Assembly: GCA_052327205.1 (NCBI GenBank)
Contig: CM126207.1
Span: forward strand, 180,048,001 to 180,112,000
Reading direction: 5' to 3'
Source: Somniosus microcephalus
Lineage: Eukaryota
Length of the DNA stretch: 64,000 nt
Program-made: the position numbers and the translations under genes
In this document: in pieces, positions 59,815 to 64,000 of the stretch
Layout of the letters: every line of letters starts with the position of its first letter
Position numbering within the stretch: the first letter of the stretch is position 1
The notes under the pieces: generated by a model
Databases searched by the model: none
What the model was told of the DNA's origin: nothing
Seen by the model: only the letters and a program-made list of their open reading frames with translations

Positions 59815-60154
59815 GGGCCTTTGGCATAGCGGTAGGATCCCCGCCGCTGGGCCAGATCAGGGTAGGGTTTCGAACCCCGCTCCAGACAGTCCCGGCAAGT
59901 GGAGTCGGAGCTCCGGCTCTAAATTCTGGGTTGACATCCAGTGGGATATTTGCATCCGTGGGTGTGGGTGGCCCCCCCTCCTTGTATAGCTTGTGGGAGC
60001 CCGTAAAACCCTCCCGCCATAGGACTAACCGCCCTAATGGCTGGTTCAAAGATGGTTACGGTCACGGAATGAGCATTAATCATAGCCATAAATCCTTCCA
60101 CCACTTCATACAGTTCCCCAAAGGGAACAGTGTGAAGACACGTATGACGACGAC
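59815..60154 (+). mobile_element. tRNA-derived SINE-like element, copy 2
   Basis: A box TGGCATAGCGG, B-box-like GGTTTCGAACCC and an (ACG)n tail. Confidence 0.65.
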
Positions 60155-60691
60155 ATTGCTAAATAAATAAATGGAATTTTAAAAATTCTTTTAGGGCTTT
60201 TAAAAGTCTTTAAATTGCTTTAATTCTGTTTAAAACTACTTCAGATTCTTCAAAATAATGTAAACGTTTTTAAAAGTTTATAAAAGTTACCAAAAGCTTC
60301 AAAAAACTTCCAAAAACCTATTTAAACTGCTGCTTTGCATGTAAAAATGCTTAGCAGCTTGGCAGAAACATTGGGGGCGTGTCCTGTTAAACTGAGGCCT
60401 CAAGGGGCGTGTTTCAGTTGCACAGCGCGCTACAGGCTTCGCGCTGGCTGCACTCCTGGGCGGCGTGACGTCAGACGCTGCCCGGGAGTCAACATTTTAA
60501 AACAGCAATTCCAGGTGTCCCTGAAGCTCAACGGCCGGCGCGCCGGGTAAGTGCAGATCAGGGGCTTACACACGCGGCAAGCCCCCGACCCGAATTTCTG
60601 GGCCAATATTTCCCAATCTCTCACCATTTAAAAAATACTCTGCTTTTCTATTTTTCCTACCAAAGTGGATAACTTCACATTTCTCCACATT

Positions 60692-61453
60692 GGCCCAGAA
60701 ATTCGGGTCGGGTGCTTCCCGCGGGTGCAAGCCCCCGACCTGCACTTACCTTGCTCGCCGGCCATTGTGCTGAGGGCCCCCGTGGAATTGCAATCCTGGG
60801 CCTCCTCCAACTGCCGGCGCGCAGTGCTTGCGTATCCCAGGGGCGCAGTTAGTTCGATGCGTCCCCTGGGATCACGTGGGCCATGGGGAGCCAATCGGAG
60901 CAGGGAATGCTTCATTCATAAGTTTGACAGGAAGGGCTGTCAAACTTATGAATACTATAAACCCCAAAAATCATTAAATCTTCAAATAAATTAAAAGAAA
61001 AATCACATTTTTAAAATAAACTATAAATTACACGAAATAACTATTTTAAACAATAATTTAAATTTTTGAAAAAAATAATTTTATTTTCTAACGGGGCTAA
61101 AAATAAACTTACCTTTCTTTAAAGTATTTAAAAATAATAAACCTGTGGAAAAAATGTTTTAATTTTAATTAATTCACCACTTACCTTGTAAAAAGCAGGC
61201 CTTGCGACTGCTTTTTAAATGTGTAACTTCTGGCGACTTACCTTCCTGGGAAAACCTGCAAAAAAAACGTAAGTTCGATGCGCACGCGCAGCCTCTCCTG
61301 CGCACGCATTCGAACTCTGAACCCCTCTTTCAGGGGAACGGAAGTGCCGGTTTCCCGCGCATGCGCAGTGCATGCAGGAAACCAGCACTTCCATTGGGCT
61401 TATGGGTGAGTACCCCGTGCGTACTCACCCGTGGAGACCCGAATTTCTGGGCC
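60692..61453. mobile_element. Harbinger-like MITE related to 58096-60604, in opposite orientation
   Basis: TIRs GGCCCAGAAATTCGGGTC and GACCCGAATTTCTGGGCC, TSD ATT. Confidence 0.82.
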
Positions 61454-62649
61454 ATTATATTCCATTTGCCATGTTCTCGCCCACTCACTTAGCCTGTCTA
61501 TATTCCCTTGAAGCCTCCTTGCATCCTTCTCACAACTTACATTCCCACCCAGCTTTGTATCATCAGGAAATTTGGATATATTACATTTGGTCCCCTCATC
61601 TAGTACATTTAAATAGAGCAGAGATTGTCCTTAAAATTCCATGGGGGATTCATCCAGTCTGCCGTAACTCTGAGTACTTGAAATACCTGTGAATTTTGGC
61701 CTCTTTCCAGTTTCTTCAGGGTGTTCCATTGAAGACCCTCCTCCAGGTTTATTGGCGCACCCCTCTGTTTGCGTGCCCCACAGCCGTAGCAAGATGATAA
61801 TGAGGTGAGAGGGCCAGGAAGCCCCTCCTGCCCCACTAACATTCTGACCTTTGACTTGCACCTACTGTAGTCGCAGGTCCTGTTACAGCAATCTTGGGAA
61901 ACACCATAAATCCAGGCAGGGTCTACTTTCTGTTGTTGGGGTGGCGGGGGCGGAGGGGAAGGGGAAGGAGACCTGGTGCAATTAGGCTCCACCTCATTTC
62001 CTCCTTGCTGAGTTTTTTCCAGGCACAACAAAGAGGAAAATCTACAAAGTTTTTGTCATTCTTAAGTTAAGGATAGATTGTGCTGCCAATGTAAAATGGC
62101 AAATCTTCAATGACGTGTATATACAAGCGTTTGCACTTCACATGCATTCAAAGGGTATGTGAAACATGTGATCTGGTATATGTACCAGATGTGCAAGATT
62201 TGAATGAAAGTCCAGCCTTTTCATTAGAATATATGCATTTTAATTAAGAGCCAAAAAAGTGATCGAACAGCACTAGGCATACAGGTAAGTTCAGTGCTCC
62301 CAGCGTTGAGCTGTGCTTGAATGGAGCATGAGTCAGAGATAGGGTTACACCACTTCCTCCCTAACCTGTGCTCCCTGAGACTTAAACAATTTGCTTGTGA
62401 GCAAGGACCCAAAGATGAGAGTATGTGTTGAATGGAACAGTGAAGGTATTTACAATCTAAGAGACAATACAGCGTTGAGAATATACAAGATACGGAGAAG
62501 AAAATCGGGGTGGTGTAAAACGGGCTGCCGATTGGCTATGGGCACGTTTTACGCTCCTGGTGTTGACCAATTTCACCCCCAAAATCTTCAACATGAGGGT
62601 AGATTTTCAAGTTGCCACACGGGCGTAAAACTGGCATTACAGATTGACC

Positions 62650-63313
62650 GCACGTCATAGAAACTGCCCGCACATCACAGAGACACCACCACTGCACGTC
62701 ATAGAAACTGCCGCACGTCACAGAGACCCCCGAACATCACAGAGACACCACCAGCCGAACATCACAGAGACCTCCGCACGTCATAGAAACTGCCCGCATG
62801 TCAGAGACCCCGCACATCACAGAGACCCTCTGAACATCACAGAGACCCCCACACATCATCGAGACAGCCCACACGCCACCGAGACACCCCTGAACATCAC
62901 AGAGACCCCCCCACGAACGTCACTGAGACCCCGCACCCCCCGCACGTCACATAGACCGCACCCCCCGCAAATGTCACACAGACCCCCCCACCCCCCCACG
63001 AACGTCACACAGAACCCCCAACCCCCACGAATGTCACACAGCAGCCCCACCCCCACGAACATCACACAAACCCCCCCCACCCCCTGCACGTCACACAGAC
63101 CCCCCACCCCCTGCACGTCACACAGACCCCCCACCCCCTGCACGTCACACAGACCCCCCCACCCCCTGCACGTCACACAGACCCCCCCACCCCCTGCACG
63201 TCACACAGACCCCCCCACCCCCTGCACGTCACACAGACCGCATCCTCCCCGAACGTCACACAGACCGCACCCTCCCCGAACGTCACACAGACCGCACCCT
63301 CCCCGAACGTCAC
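62650..63313. repeat. C-rich minisatellite, unit about 22-26 bp
   Basis: Repeats of CACGTCACACAGACCCCCCACCCCCTG and variants. Confidence 0.92.
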
Positions 63314-64000
63314 TGTTGTGTATTTTGAATGTTGTATTTGAATTGTCCCACATAGCTTACCATAGTTGTGATGTGCAATGCACTATGGGAAATAGAGTGC
63401 ATGAAGTAGAGAAGATTCTGGAAAGTCATGGCTGTTAACTGAACTCTGTCTCCTGCGTACTCTTTTAATTGTTATACAAGTGAGGTTATTAAACTCTTGA
63501 GATTTAACAAAAGTGGCGACAAGGACGTCTGAACTTACATGGCTCTGCTGTGTGGAAGATAGTTGGGTTTTACATGTTTAAAACTGTTATTTTTGCCGTG
63601 GACAGTTAATTAAAGTGAGGCTGGCTCGAGGATAAAGGAGCTTGAAATGGCGGGGAGACGAGACAATGTATAAGGTACTAACAACTTGAGGAAGGGGAGG
63701 AAAAACAGTGAGTAAATCGGGAAGGACATTTATTCAACTGTGAAACAATCTGTGAATTGAAGCACTTAACTGATCGTGATTTTAGTTGAGTTCAACATTG
63801 GAAGGATCCTTAGTGAATGATAATTAGGAGCCTGAGAGAAGGAAAATGGCTGGAATTATCGGTAACATTGGACCGTTTGATGAGAATGTCGAACAATGGA
63901 GCTCATACACAGAACGATTTGAATACTTCACACAAGCAAATGACATTGGAGGGAACAAAGTAGTACCTACATTGTTAAGTGTGATGGGACCAAAGACTTT
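63314..64000 (+). mobile_element. 5' end of a further Mag-like Gypsy element G (runs off the window)
   Basis: LTR TGTTGTG...TTTAACA at 63314-63509, PBS TGGCGACAAGGA at 63514, gag from 63846 (MAGIIGNIGPFDENVEQWSSYTERFEYF...LLSVMGPKT). Confidence 0.85.

Larger units (their letters stand above)
58096..60604. mobile_element. Composite PIF/Harbinger-like DNA transposon
   Basis: Ends GGGCCAGAAATTCG and CGAATTTCTGGGCC with AAT duplicated on both sides. Contains a 300-bp-arm foldback (58096-59116), a SINE pair and a Myb/SANT-like remnant. Confidence 0.72.
57495..61600 (-). mobile_element. CR1 fragment split by Harbinger-like insertions (57495-58095, 60605-60691, 61454-61600)
   Basis: CR1 RT C-terminal sequence resumes exactly after each insertion. 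Confidence 0.82.

Noticed and set aside
62644-63438. 264-aa Pro/Thr/His-rich ORF
   Set aside because: It is the translation of a minisatellite.
1-64000. Uni-strand piRNA cluster
   Set aside because: LTR elements and LINEs are biased to opposite strands, which does not fit a single antisense precursor. Small-RNA data would be needed.

Overview
Repeat-dense vertebrate DNA, most likely from a shark or other cartilaginous fish, inferred from CR1 LINEs with (TTCTTATG)n-type tails, tRNA-headed Deu-type SINEs, L2 and Harbinger MITEs. No intact host gene is visible. The window is a nest of transposons. Five complete plus-strand Mag-like Ty3/Gypsy LTR elements have paired LTRs, a tRNA-Ser PBS and 5-bp TSDs, and a sixth starts at the right edge. 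There is also a minus-strand Gypsy of another lineage inside an ancient Gypsy, about ten CR1 pieces (one with an intact ORF2), SINEs, Harbinger-like elements and two tandem arrays. Main discovery: two young LTR elements (22092-25691 and 46771-52024) keep gag and protease but have replaced RT, RNaseH and integrase with an in-frame mosaic of host-gene fragments. From recalled human sequences these resemble STK10/SLK, ANKRD24, EVI5, optineurin and DNAJC21. The reading frame is held open across junctions and across a compensating frameshift pair. A third derivative (53899-56122) has identical LTRs and encodes only an intact integrase. Host-gene assignments come from memory and need BLAST confirmation.
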